Assembly: GCF_053078305.1 (NCBI RefSeq)
Contig: NZ_CP166879.1
Direction: 5' to 3' (one strand)
Length of the DNA: 64,000 nt
The notes below the pieces were generated by a model. That model saw only the letters and a list, made by a program, of their open reading frames with translations. It did no database searches and was not told the origin of the DNA. Made by a program: the position numbers and the translations under genes. Positions 22,864 to 32,256 of the stretch are shown here, piece after piece (positions within the stretch are counted from its first letter, which is position 1; each line of letters begins with the position of its first letter).

Positions 22864-24156
22864 ATGAGCAAAGGAACGACCAGCCAGGATGCCCCGTTCG
22901 GGACATTATTGGGCTACGCCCCAGGTGGGGTAGCAATCTACTCTTCAGATTACAGTTCTCTCGATCCGCAGGAATACGAAGATGACGCCGTATTCCGTAG
23001 CTATATCGACGACGAATATATGGGCCACAAATGGCAATGCGTTGAATTTGCTCGCCGTTTTCTCTTTCTGAACTACGGTGTGGTCTTCACTGACGTGGGT
23101 ATGGCGTGGGAGATTTTCTCGCTGCGCTTCCTGCGTGAAGTGGTTAATGACAACATCCTGCCATTGCAGGCATTTCCTAACGGCTCGCCGCGTGCGCCGG
23201 TCGCGGGTGCGCTTCTTATCTGGGATAAAGGCGGTGAATTTAAAGACACTGGCCATGTCGCCATCATTACCCAATTGCATGGCAACAAAGTCCGTATTGC
23301 GGAACAGAACGTGATTCATTCCCCGTTGCCGCAAGGGCAACAGTGGACGCGCGAACTGGAGATGGTGGTCGAAAACGGCTGCTATACCCTTAAAGACACT
23401 TTTGATGACACCACCATTCTGGGCTGGATGATCCAGACGGAAGATACTGAATACAGCTTACCGCAGCCGGAAATTGCAGGCGAGCTGCTGAAAATCAGCG
23501 GAGCGCGTCTGGAAAACAAAGGCCAGTTTGACGGTAAATGGCTGGATGAACTGGGCTGGGATGCTGCCGGGCAACTGATTGATGGGGAAGGACGGCTGGT
23601 TAACTGCGTGTGGAAAACCTGGGCGTGGGAAACCGCGTTTGATCAGATTCGTGAAGTTAGCGACCGTGAGTTTGCTGCGGTGCCAATCCGTACCGGTCAT
23701 CCGCAAAACGAAGTGCGTCTTATCGACGTATTGCTGCGCCCGGAAGTGCTGGTCTTTGAGCCGCTGTGGACGGTGATCCCCGGCAACAAAGCGATTCTGC
23801 CGATCCTCTGGTCGCTGTTCCCGCACCATCGTTACCTGCTGGATACCGATTTCACTGTTAATGATGAATTGGTGAAAACAGGTTACGCAGTGAAACCGAT
23901 CGCCGGTCGCTGTGGTAGCAATATCGACCTGGTCAGCCATCATGAAGAAGTGCTGGACAAAACTAGCGGTAAATTTGCCGAGCAGAAAAACATCTATCAG
24001 CAACTGTGGTGTTTGCCGAAAGTGGACGGTAAATACATTCAGGTATGTACCTTCACCGTTGGCGGCAACTACGGTGGGACGTGTTTGCGCGGTGATGAAT
24101 CACTGGTTATTAAAAAAGAGAGTGATATTGAACCGTTAATTGTGGTGAAAGAGTAA
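22864..24156 (+). CDS. gss: Glutathionylspermidine synthetase/amidase variant with internal in-frame deletion (430 aa versus the 619 aa I recall for Gss)
   Basis: N-terminus MSKGTTSQDAPFGTLLGYAPGG; amidase Cys59 (HKWQCVEF) and His131 (KDTGHVAIIT) present; C-terminal synthetase segment present; about 189 residues missing after residue ~229 (…GKWLDE|LGWDAAGQ…). Confidence 0.75.
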   Translation: MSKGTTSQDAPFGTLLGYAPGGVAIYSSDYSSLDPQEYEDDAVFRSYIDDEYMGHKWQCVEFARRFLFLNYGVVFTDVGMAWEIFSLRFLREVVNDNILPLQAFPNGSPRAPVAGALLIWDKGGEFKDTGHVAIITQLHGNKVRIAEQNVIHSPLPQGQQWTRELEMVVENGCYTLKDTFDDTTILGWMIQTEDTEYSLPQPEIAGELLKISGARLENKGQFDGKWLDELGWDAAGQLIDGEGRLVNCVWKTWAWETAFDQIREVSDREFAAVPIRTGHPQNEVRLIDVLLRPEVLVFEPLWTVIPGNKAILPILWSLFPHHRYLLDTDFTVNDELVKTGYAVKPIAGRCGSNIDLVSHHEEVLDKTSGKFAEQKNIYQQLWCLPKVDGKYIQVCTFTVGGNYGGTCLRGDESLVIKKESDIEPLIVVKE

Positions 24157-24171
24157 TACATGTTGTAGCAA

Positions 24172-24206
24172 TCCCGTACTGATTATGAAGAATAGTCAGT
24201 ACGGGG
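24172..24206 (+). terminator. Stem-loop after gss (putative terminator)
   Basis: 10-bp stem cccgtactga/tcagtacggg with 13-nt loop, followed by AT-rich sequence. Confidence 0.5.
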
Positions 24207-24446
24207 ATTAATCAAATATTCAATATTTATATATTCAAATATTTATTCATTTCATATGTGAATACATTAACCAGCAGAATGCCTGTGTTCTAATTATTTC
24301 TAAAGATTTTTAATGAATGCTTATTGTCTGATACACAAGAAATAACACTCTTTTTATCGTTAAAAAATGATATTTCACTTTGCCCACACCGTTAAAGTCA
24401 CTGATAATGCGTCCGTTCGTAAATTCAAAATGGCGTAATCTAATAT

Positions 24447-25946
24447 ATGCTAAATTTATTTGTTGGCCTTGATATATACACAGGGCTTTTGTTATTACTT
24501 GCTCTGGCATTTGTGTTGTTCTACGAAGCAATCAATGGTTTTCATGACACGGCGAATGCGGTGGCAACCGTTATTTATACTCGTGCCATGCAGCCACAGC
24601 TTGCCGTGGTGATGGCGGCATTTTTTAACTTTTTTGGCGTGTTATTGGGCGGACTTAGCGTTGCCTATGCCATTGTCCATATGTTGCCAACCGATTTGTT
24701 GCTGAATATGGGGTCAACCCACGGCCTGGCGATGGTCTTTTCCATGCTGCTGGCGGCGATTATCTGGAACCTGGGAACGTGGTTCTTTGGTTTACCGGCC
24801 TCCAGTTCGCATACCTTGATTGGCGCGATTATCGGCATCGGTTTAACCAACGCGCTGTTAACCGGCTCATCGGTGATGGATGCGTTAAACCTGCGTGAAG
24901 TGACCAAAATTTTCTCCTCGCTGATTGTTTCCCCTATCGTCGGCCTGGTCATTGCGGGAGGCCTGATATTCCTGCTGCGACGCTACTGGAGCGGAACGAA
25001 AAAGCGTGACCGTATTCACCGCATTCCGGAAGATCGCAAAAAGAAAAAAGGCAAACGTAAGCCGCCATTCTGGACGCGTATTGCGCTGATTGTTTCCGCT
25101 GCGGGCGTGGCGTTTTCGCACGGCGCGAACGACGGACAAAAAGGGATCGGCCTGGTGATGCTGGTACTGGTGGGGATTGCCCCTGCTGGCTTCGTCGTCA
25201 ATATGAACGCGTCCGGCTATGAAATTACCCGTACCCGCGATGCCGTTACCAACTTCGAACACTACCTGCAACAGCATCCTGAACTGCCGCAGAAGTTGAT
25301 TACGATGGAACCTCCATTGCCTGCGGCATCTACTGATGGCGCGCAAGTGACGGAGTTTCACTGTCATCCGGCAAATACCTTTGATGCGATTGCGCGCGTT
25401 AAAACGATGCTGCCAGGCAATATGGAAAGTTACGAGCCGTTAAGCGTGAGTCAGCGCAGCCAGCTGCGCCGCATTATGCTGTGCATCTCTGATACCTCCG
25501 CGAAGCTGGCGAAACTGCCAGGCGTCAGTAAAGAAGACCAGAACCTGCTGAAAAAACTTCGCAGCGATATGTTAAGCACCATTGAGTACGCTCCGGTGTG
25601 GATCATCATGGCGGTAGCACTGGCGCTCGGCATTGGCACCATGATTGGCTGGCGTCGTGTAGCGATGACCATCGGTGAGAAGATTGGTAAGCGCGGCATG
25701 ACGTATGCGCAAGGCATGGCGGCACAAATGACGGCGGCAGTGTCTATCGGTCTTGCCAGTTATATTGGGATGCCCGTCTCCACAACACACGTCCTCTCGT
25801 CTGCAGTTGCAGGGACGATGGTGGTGGACGGCGGTGGGTTACAGCGTAAAACGGTAACCAGCATCCTGATGGCATGGGTGTTTACTTTACCGGCGGCAAT
25901 TTTTCTTTCTGGTGGGCTGTACTGGATAGCATTGCAGTTGATTTAA
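24447..25946 (+). CDS. pitB: Low-affinity inorganic phosphate transporter PitB (499 aa)
   Basis: PHO4/Pit-family membrane protein, 499 aa. Confidence 0.9.
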   Translation: MLNLFVGLDIYTGLLLLLALAFVLFYEAINGFHDTANAVATVIYTRAMQPQLAVVMAAFFNFFGVLLGGLSVAYAIVHMLPTDLLLNMGSTHGLAMVFSMLLAAIIWNLGTWFFGLPASSSHTLIGAIIGIGLTNALLTGSSVMDALNLREVTKIFSSLIVSPIVGLVIAGGLIFLLRRYWSGTKKRDRIHRIPEDRKKKKGKRKPPFWTRIALIVSAAGVAFSHGANDGQKGIGLVMLVLVGIAPAGFVVNMNASGYEITRTRDAVTNFEHYLQQHPELPQKLITMEPPLPAASTDGAQVTEFHCHPANTFDAIARVKTMLPGNMESYEPLSVSQRSQLRRIMLCISDTSAKLAKLPGVSKEDQNLLKKLRSDMLSTIEYAPVWIIMAVALALGIGTMIGWRRVAMTIGEKIGKRGMTYAQGMAAQMTAAVSIGLASYIGMPVSTTHVLSSAVAGTMVVDGGGLQRKTVTSILMAWVFTLPAAIFLSGGLYWIALQLI

Positions 25947-25955
25947 CCTTCCTGA

Positions 25956-25984
25956 AAATGCCCGGTCCTGGCGATCGGGCATTT
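25956..25984. terminator. Bidirectional terminator between pitB and yghT
   Basis: 9-bp stem aaatgcccg/cgggcattt with A-run and T-run flanks. Confidence 0.5.
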
Positions 25985-25994
25985 CCATATTTGG

Positions 25995-26687
25995 CTAGTG
26001 ATAACCACGCGCGGTCATAAAATCCGTAATCGCTTTTTCTGCATCAACCAACACCTGTTCCAGTGGCTGATTGGCATCGATATCAACCAGTTGTGCACCA
26101 CCAAAGGTTAACTGTGGCGTTATGGCAATCTTCCTCGCCAGCGATTCCCGTTTATGGTCGGGTTTACGCATGCAGGCAACTTCAAGGTCAACATTGAGTT
26201 TGATGACCAGATCAGGCTTATGGCTCGCCATCCAGTGAAACGCTTTACGTTCCTGGCTTGCCAGCCATGAGACAAAACGACTACCTTCAACGTTAGGTGG
26301 GAACACCGTACCATCGTAAGCGCCCGGAATTTGGTCCTGAGGATAACGGTCGGTTAGAACAATTAACCCGCGACGACGACAGGCAAGCATATGACGAAAG
26401 CGCAGTAAGCGATGGGCGACAAACGCTGTAATTACCAGCGCCGGAACTGGTCCTGGCAATTTTTTTGCTGTTTTCACCTGATTTCGTTCAATTGTTTTAT
26501 GTAAGGATTTTCCCATCAACGGTAATTTTGTCACTGCACGACCGACATTTCCGGCCTGTTTTCCTAAATGAACTCTTTCGGCAGCACCATATTTTTCGAC
26601 AACGGTAATGAGATGTTCACACACCGTTGACTTGCCTGAACCATCGCTACCAATAACGGCAATTAATGGAGGTGTTATTGACTGCAT
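25995..26687 (-). CDS. yghT: P-loop kinase-like ATP-binding protein YghT (230 aa)
   Basis: Walker [15 protein letters not shown] motif; paralogue of the next two genes. Confidence 0.8.
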   Translation of the reverse strand: MQSITPPLIAVIGSDGSGKSTVCEHLITVVEKYGAAERVHLGKQAGNVGRAVTKLPLMGKSLHKTIERNQVKTAKKLPGPVPALVITAFVAHRLLRFRHMLACRRRGLIVLTDRYPQDQIPGAYDGTVFPPNVEGSRFVSWLASQERKAFHWMASHKPDLVIKLNVDLEVACMRKPDHKRESLARKIAITPQLTFGGAQLVDIDANQPLEQVLVDAEKAITDFMTARGYH

Positions 26688-26860
26688 GAATATATCCTTA
26701 AATTTAAATATCCATCCAAAATATTTATTTGGTTAATATGTTTTTATGAAAGCGTAATTCAGGTCAATGTCACAATTAACCATTGTCACAATAAGGTTGA
26801 ACGGATATTCTGAGCACGGACCACGTAATATTCAATACATTATTTACTGTCGGGTTTTTC

Positions 26861-27574
26861 GTGAATCAACGTAATATGTCAATAATTAATTCCACGCCAG
26901 TGCGTGTTATTGCCATTGTAGGATGTGATGGTTCAGGTAAATCGACCCTCACGGCAAGCCTGGTAAATGAACTGGCAGCAAGAATGCCAACAGAATGCAT
27001 TTATCTCGGGCAATCGTCCGGGCGAATTGGCGAATGGATTTCACAGCTCCCTGTTATTGGCGCACCTTTTGGGCGTTATCTGCGAAGTAAAGCGGCACAT
27101 GTGCACGAAAAGCCCTCAACACCGCCTGGCAATATTACTGCGCTGGTTATCTATCTGCTTTCCTGCTGGCGGGCGTACAAGTTTCGCAAAATGTTGTGTA
27201 GAAGCCAGCAAGGCCATCTGCTCATCACCGACCGCTACCCGCAGGTTGAAGTGCCGGGTTTTCGCTTTGATGGCCCGCAATTGGCAAAAACCACGGGCGG
27301 TAACGGTTGGATAAAAATGTTAAGGCAGCGCGAGTTGAAGCTGTACCAATGGATGGCGTCTTATTTACCCGTATTGTTGATTCGTCTTGGCATTGATGAA
27401 CAAACCGCGTTTGCGCGTAAACCTGACCACCAACTGGCAGCGTTACAGGAAAAAATCGCCGTTACGCCGCAACTGACATTCAATGGCGCAAAGATCCTTG
27501 AACTGGATGGTCGGCAACCAGCCGATGAAATTCTGCAAGCGTCACTACGCGCAATTCACGCCGCGCTTTCCTGA
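26861..27574 (+). CDS. yghS: P-loop kinase-like ATP-binding protein YghS (237 aa)
   Basis: Walker A GCDGSGKST; DRYPQ motif; GTG start (alternative ATG at 26876). Confidence 0.8.
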   Translation: MNQRNMSIINSTPVRVIAIVGCDGSGKSTLTASLVNELAARMPTECIYLGQSSGRIGEWISQLPVIGAPFGRYLRSKAAHVHEKPSTPPGNITALVIYLLSCWRAYKFRKMLCRSQQGHLLITDRYPQVEVPGFRFDGPQLAKTTGGNGWIKMLRQRELKLYQWMASYLPVLLIRLGIDEQTAFARKPDHQLAALQEKIAVTPQLTFNGAKILELDGRQPADEILQASLRAIHAALS

Positions 27575-27605
27575 TCACCAAAATGGATAGGGGATGATTT
27601 AACGA

Positions 27606-28364
27606 ATGGATGCACTACAAACACAAACTGTTATTAGTACAACCGCGCCGCAGCCCAACTACATTCCGGGGCTGATTGCGGTGGTCGGGTGTGATGGCAC
27701 CGGTAAATCCACGCTGACCACCGACCTGGTGAAATCGCTGCAACAACACTGGCAAACCGAGCGCCGCTATTTGGGGCTGCTCTCCGGCGAAGACGGCGAC
27801 AAAATTAAACGATTGCCGTTGGTTGGCGTCTGGCTGGAACGGCGACTGGCGGCCAAATCCTCGAAAACCCAAAGCATGAAAACCAAATCTCCGGCGCTAT
27901 GGGCGGCGGTGATTATGTACTGCTTCTCGCTGCGAAGAATGGCGAATCTACGCAAGGTTCAGCGACTGGCGCAAAGTGGCGTTCTGGTGGTCAGCGATCG
28001 CTTCCCGCAGGCTGAAATTTCGGGCTTTTATTATGACGGACCGGGGATCGGCGTCGAACGTGCGACCGGGAAAATCAGCATGTTTCTGGCGCAGCGCGAA
28101 CGGCGTTTATACCAAAAAATGGCGCAATACCGTCCTGAATTAATCATTCGTTTGGGGATTGATATTGATACTGCCATCTCCCGCAAGCCTGACCATGACT
28201 ATGCCGAGCTGCAGGACAAAATCGGCGTCATGTCGACGATTGGCTATAACGGCACAAAAATTCTTGAGATTGATTCCAGAGCGCCCTACAGCGAAGTGCT
28301 GGAACAGGCACAGAAGGCGGTTTCTCTGGTTGCCATCGTTTCTGACCGCCGAAGTTTAACTTAA
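27606..28364 (+). CDS. yghR: P-loop kinase-like ATP-binding protein YghR (252 aa)
   Basis: Walker A GCDGTGKST; DRFPQ motif. Confidence 0.8.
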   Translation: MDALQTQTVISTTAPQPNYIPGLIAVVGCDGTGKSTLTTDLVKSLQQHWQTERRYLGLLSGEDGDKIKRLPLVGVWLERRLAAKSSKTQSMKTKSPALWAAVIMYCFSLRRMANLRKVQRLAQSGVLVVSDRFPQAEISGFYYDGPGIGVERATGKISMFLAQRERRLYQKMAQYRPELIIRLGIDIDTAISRKPDHDYAELQDKIGVMSTIGYNGTKILEIDSRAPYSEVLEQAQKAVSLVAIVSDRRSLT

Positions 28365-28409
28365 GGCTGGCGGGATACTTTTTACTATCAACGATAAGGT
28401 CAGGCTGAA

Positions 28410-29759
28410 TTGGCGGGTTTTAACATCAAACATTGGTTTGCAGATGGCGCGTTTCGCACCATTATTCGCAATAGCGCCTGGTTAGGCTCCAGTAATGTCG
28501 TGAGCGCTTTGCTGGGGCTGTTGGCGCTCTCGTGTGCCGGTAAAGGGATGACGCCCGCCATGTTTGGCGTACTGGTGATTGTGCAATCGTACGCCAAGTC
28601 GATCAGCGATTTTATTAAGTTTCAGACATGGCAGCTGGTGGTTCAGTACGGAACACCAGCATTAACCAACAATAATCCGCAGCAATTTCGCAATGTCGTC
28701 TCATTTTCCTTCTCGCTGGATATCGTCAGCGGCGCGGTGGCGATTGTCGGCGGCATTGCCTTACTGCCATTCCTTTCCCATTCATTAGGTCTGGATGACC
28801 AAAGCTTTTGGCTGGCGGCGCTGTATTGCACGCTCATTCCTTCAATGGCTTCCTCCACGCCGACCGGCATTCTGCGTGCGGTAGATCGCTTTGATTTGAT
28901 TGCTGTACAGCAGGCGACGAAACCTTTTCTGCGCGCAGCGGGGAGCGTCGTAGCCTGGTATTTTGACTTTGGTTTTGCGGGTTTTGTTATTGCCTGGTAC
29001 GTGTCGAATCTGGTTGGCGGCACCATGTACTGGTGGTTTGCCGCGCGCGAATTACGCCGCAGAAATATCCATAACGCCTTCAAATTGAATCTGTTTGAGT
29101 CTGCCCGACACATTAAAGGCGCGTGGAGTTTTGTCTGGTCGACCAACATTGCCCACTCCATCTGGTCGGCACGTAACTCGTGCAGCACAGTGTTGGTGGG
29201 GATCGTGTTAGGACCCGCTGCCGCCGGGTTATTTAAAATCGCCATGACATTCTTCGACGCCGCCGGAACGCCAGCGGGTTTACTGGGTAAAAGTTTTTAC
29301 CCAGAGGTGATGCGTTTAGATCCGCGCACCACCAGACCGTGGTTGTTAGGCGTGAAGTCCGGTTTACTGGCGGGCGGAATCGGTATTCTGGTGGCGCTCG
29401 CGGTGTTGATCGTCGGCAAGCCGCTCATTTCGCTGGTGTTTGGCGTTAAGTATCTCGAAGCGTATGACCTGATTCAGGTGATGCTGGGCGCAATTGTGAT
29501 CTCGATGCTGGGCTTCCCTCAGGAGTCATTGCTATTGATGGCGGGAAAACAGCGCGCTTTTCTCGTGGCGCAAACCATCGCCTCAATCGGCTACATCGTA
29601 TTGCTGTTCATGTTCTGTCATCTGTTTGGCGTGCTGGGAGCAGCGTTTGCTTACTTCGGTGGGCAATGTCTGGACGTGGCGCTCTCGTTAATTCCAACCT
29701 TAAAGGCATTTTTTCAGCGCCATTCCTTGCTTTATAACGCAGCCGGAGAGAAATCCTGA
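28410..29759 (+). CDS. yghQ: MOP-superfamily (Wzx/MurJ-like) polytopic membrane flippase-like protein YghQ; start uncertain
   Basis: 449-codon ORF from TTG 28410 (first in-frame ATG at 28548); multiple hydrophobic helices; stop overlaps the next ORF start by 1 nt. Confidence 0.7.
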   Translation: MAGFNIKHWFADGAFRTIIRNSAWLGSSNVVSALLGLLALSCAGKGMTPAMFGVLVIVQSYAKSISDFIKFQTWQLVVQYGTPALTNNNPQQFRNVVSFSFSLDIVSGAVAIVGGIALLPFLSHSLGLDDQSFWLAALYCTLIPSMASSTPTGILRAVDRFDLIAVQQATKPFLRAAGSVVAWYFDFGFAGFVIAWYVSNLVGGTMYWWFAARELRRRNIHNAFKLNLFESARHIKGAWSFVWSTNIAHSIWSARNSCSTVLVGIVLGPAAAGLFKIAMTFFDAAGTPAGLLGKSFYPEVMRLDPRTTRPWLLGVKSGLLAGGIGILVALAVLIVGKPLISLVFGVKYLEAYDLIQVMLGAIVISMLGFPQESLLLMAGKQRAFLVAQTIASIGYIVLLFMFCHLFGVLGAAFAYFGGQCLDVALSLIPTLKAFFQRHSLLYNAAGEKS

Positions 29760-30583
29760 TGATGAGAAAATATTTCCCGCTTGAGGCGAGCGAGCGTCTA
29801 TTTGTTGCGATTGAAGAAGATGATGTCGTTGATGCACAGGTTAGTTTGCCGCCGACTATTGCACTAAGTTGTACCACCGAAATCATTCATGATAATTACG
29901 CGTTATGCCTGCAATTCTGGCTCAATGGCGTTGATCGTCAGGAATTACTTCGTTTAGTTCGCAAACAAGCCAAAGGCGATGAGCTGACTGCTGATGAGTG
30001 CAAACAATTTAAATACATGCGAGCGCGCTACAAGCACCTGCGTTTTGCGCAACGGCTGTATTTAAAGAAGCATCAGGCCGGATTTTTATTCGGCAAAACG
30101 ACCGTTTTTCTGGGACGTTTTCAGGACGGATTTCGTAACGGTAAGAAAAATATTGTGTCGTATTACGGCAACCTGTTACGAATTTATTTAAGCTCTCCGG
30201 TCTGGTCGTTGGTGAACTATTCATTACGCCATAGCCAGTTAGAAAGCGTAAGCGGTTTTATTGCCTATCGGCAAAAGCAAATGCATGCCCTGAAAGAGAT
30301 AATTGCCAAACCGCGACTAACCGGCAGGGAATTTCATGATGTGCGAAAAATCATCAGCCAGCAGGTTTCTTATTACGACACCTTAAGATCGCTTGATCCT
30401 GAAAATAAAGAGGCGTTACAGATTTCCCGTTTCCTCGCCGCCATTAATGGCCTGATGGGGGATAAACACGACGACATGGTGGCGGATGATATGGAAAACC
30501 GCCAGTCGTATGATGCACCGATGGCGCTGGATAGCGATATTCGCCAGCGCTTAGAGCTGCTGATTTCGCGTTTTCCGCTATAA
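29759..30583 (+). CDS. Hypothetical soluble protein (274 aa), function unknown
   Basis: ATG overlapping the yghQ stop; no signal peptide or TM helix seen; no motif recognised by eye. Confidence 0.6.
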   Translation: MMRKYFPLEASERLFVAIEEDDVVDAQVSLPPTIALSCTTEIIHDNYALCLQFWLNGVDRQELLRLVRKQAKGDELTADECKQFKYMRARYKHLRFAQRLYLKKHQAGFLFGKTTVFLGRFQDGFRNGKKNIVSYYGNLLRIYLSSPVWSLVNYSLRHSQLESVSGFIAYRQKQMHALKEIIAKPRLTGREFHDVRKIISQQVSYYDTLRSLDPENKEALQISRFLAAINGLMGDKHDDMVADDMENRQSYDAPMALDSDIRQRLELLISRFPL

Positions 30584-30591
30584 CCGGAGCA

Positions 30592-31155
30592 ATGATGTCA
30601 TCTCGTTTGATTATTGCGCTGATTATCATGCTCTTAGCCCCGGGTGTGCAGGCACACAATTTCGTCACTGGCAAAACGGTTACCCCTGTTTATATTCAGG
30701 AAGGCGGCGAGCTGCTTCTGAATAGCGACGACGAAATTCACTACCAAAAGTGGAACAGCACACAATTGGCGGGAAAAGTCCGCATTATCCAGTATATCGC
30801 CGGGCGTAAGTCAGCGAAGAAGAAGAACTCACTATTAATTAAAGCGGTTGAAGCGGCAAACTTTCCGCAGGATCGTTTTCAGCCCACCACCATTGTGAAC
30901 ACCGATGATGCCATCTTTGGTACTGGCTATTTTGTTGTTGGCAAAATCGAAAAAAATAAACGCCGCTATCCGTGGGCGCAATTCGTTATCGACGGCAATG
31001 GACAGGGACGCGTTGCCTGGCGCTTGCCGGAGCAGAGTTCAACCATTCTGGTGCTGAATAAAGCCGGGCAAATTCAGTGGGCAAAGGACGGCAGCCTGAC
31101 GCCGGTAGAGGTAGATCATGTCATTGCGCTGGCGCAGAAACTGATCAATGAATAA
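30592..31155 (+). CDS. YtfJ-family periplasmic protein (187 aa)
   Basis: Signal peptide MMSSRLIIALIIMLLAPGVQA; sequence similarity to E. coli YtfJ as recalled (…TTIVNTDDAI…YPWAQFV…LPEQSS…QWAKDG…); RBS ccggag. Confidence 0.65.
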   Translation: MMSSRLIIALIIMLLAPGVQAHNFVTGKTVTPVYIQEGGELLLNSDDEIHYQKWNSTQLAGKVRIIQYIAGRKSAKKKNSLLIKAVEAANFPQDRFQPTTIVNTDDAIFGTGYFVVGKIEKNKRRYPWAQFVIDGNGQGRVAWRLPEQSSTILVLNKAGQIQWAKDGSLTPVEVDHVIALAQKLINE

Positions 31156-31185
31156 AAAATTCAAAGGATTGAGGGCGTTAGTGAG

Positions 31186-32256
31186 ATGAAGCTGGTTGAA
31201 CACTACATCATGCGTGGTACGCGCCGTCTGGTGCTGATTATCGTCGGTTTTCTGATCTTTATTTTCGCCAGCTACTCCGCACAGCGTTATCTGACCGAAG
31301 CGGCAAATGGGACATTAGCTCTTGATGTTGTGCTGGATATCGTTTTCTACAAAGTGCTGATTGCACTGGAGATGTTGTTACCTGTTGGTCTGTATGTGTC
31401 AGTTGGCGTGACGCTAGGGCAGATGTATACCGACTCGGAAATTACCGCTATCTCTGCGGCGGGGGGCAGTCCGGGACGCTTGTACAAAGCTGTTCTTTAT
31501 CTGGCGATACCGCTAAGTATTTTTGTCACCCTTCTGTCGATGTATGGTCGTCCGTGGGCTTATGCGCAGATTTATCAACTGGAGCAGCAGTCGCAGTCGG
31601 AGCTGGATGTTCGCCAGTTGCGGGCAAAGAAATTTAACACTAACGATAACGGACGAATGATCCTTTCGCAGACGGTTGATCAGGATAATAATCGCCTGAC
31701 TGACGCGCTGATTTATACTTCTACTGCCAATCGAACCCGCATTTTCCGCGCCCGTTCGGTTGATGTGGTTGACCCATCTCCCGAGAAACCGACCGTTATG
31801 TTGCACAACGGCACCGCCTATCTTCTCGATCATCAGGGGCGTGACGACAACGAACAGATCTACCGTAATCTGCAATTACATCTGAATCCGCTGGATCAAA
31901 GCCCTAACGTCAAACGCAAAGCAAAATCGGTCACGGAGCTGGCGCGCTCCGTCTTTCCGGCCGATCATGCCGAACTGCAATGGCGACAAAGCCGTGGCCT
32001 GACCGCATTGTTGATGGCGCTGCTGGCCATTTCATTAAGTCGGGTAAAACCGCGGCAAGGGCGATTTTCAACGTTATTGCCACTGACGTTGCTGTTTGTT
32101 GCCATTTTTTATGGCGGCGACGTCTGCCGTACGCTGGTGGCTAACGGCGCGATTCCCCTCATTCCTGGTTTGTGGTTAGTGCCCGGACTCATGCTAATGG
32201 GCCTGCTGATGCTGGTCGCACGCGACTTCTCTTTGCTGCAGAAATTTTCCCGATGA
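31186..32256 (+). CDS. LptF/LptG-family (YjgP/YjgQ) permease, first of a pair (356 aa)
   Basis: N-terminal HYIMRGTRRL + TM helix; conserved SEITAISAAGGS motif typical of the LptF/LptG family. Confidence 0.7.
   Translation: MKLVEHYIMRGTRRLVLIIVGFLIFIFASYSAQRYLTEAANGTLALDVVLDIVFYKVLIALEMLLPVGLYVSVGVTLGQMYTDSEITAISAAGGSPGRLYKAVLYLAIPLSIFVTLLSMYGRPWAYAQIYQLEQQSQSELDVRQLRAKKFNTNDNGRMILSQTVDQDNNRLTDALIYTSTANRTRIFRARSVDVVDPSPEKPTVMLHNGTAYLLDHQGRDDNEQIYRNLQLHLNPLDQSPNVKRKAKSVTELARSVFPADHAELQWRQSRGLTALLMALLAISLSRVKPRQGRFSTLLPLTLLFVAIFYGGDVCRTLVANGAIPLIPGLWLVPGLMLMGLLMLVARDFSLLQKFSR

Noticed and set aside
24157..24446. Possible mobile element or IS remnant in the AT-rich gss-pitB spacer
   Set aside because: No inverted terminal repeats or transposase-like ORF; the only feature is the gss terminator hairpin, and the rest looks like an AT-rich promoter region.
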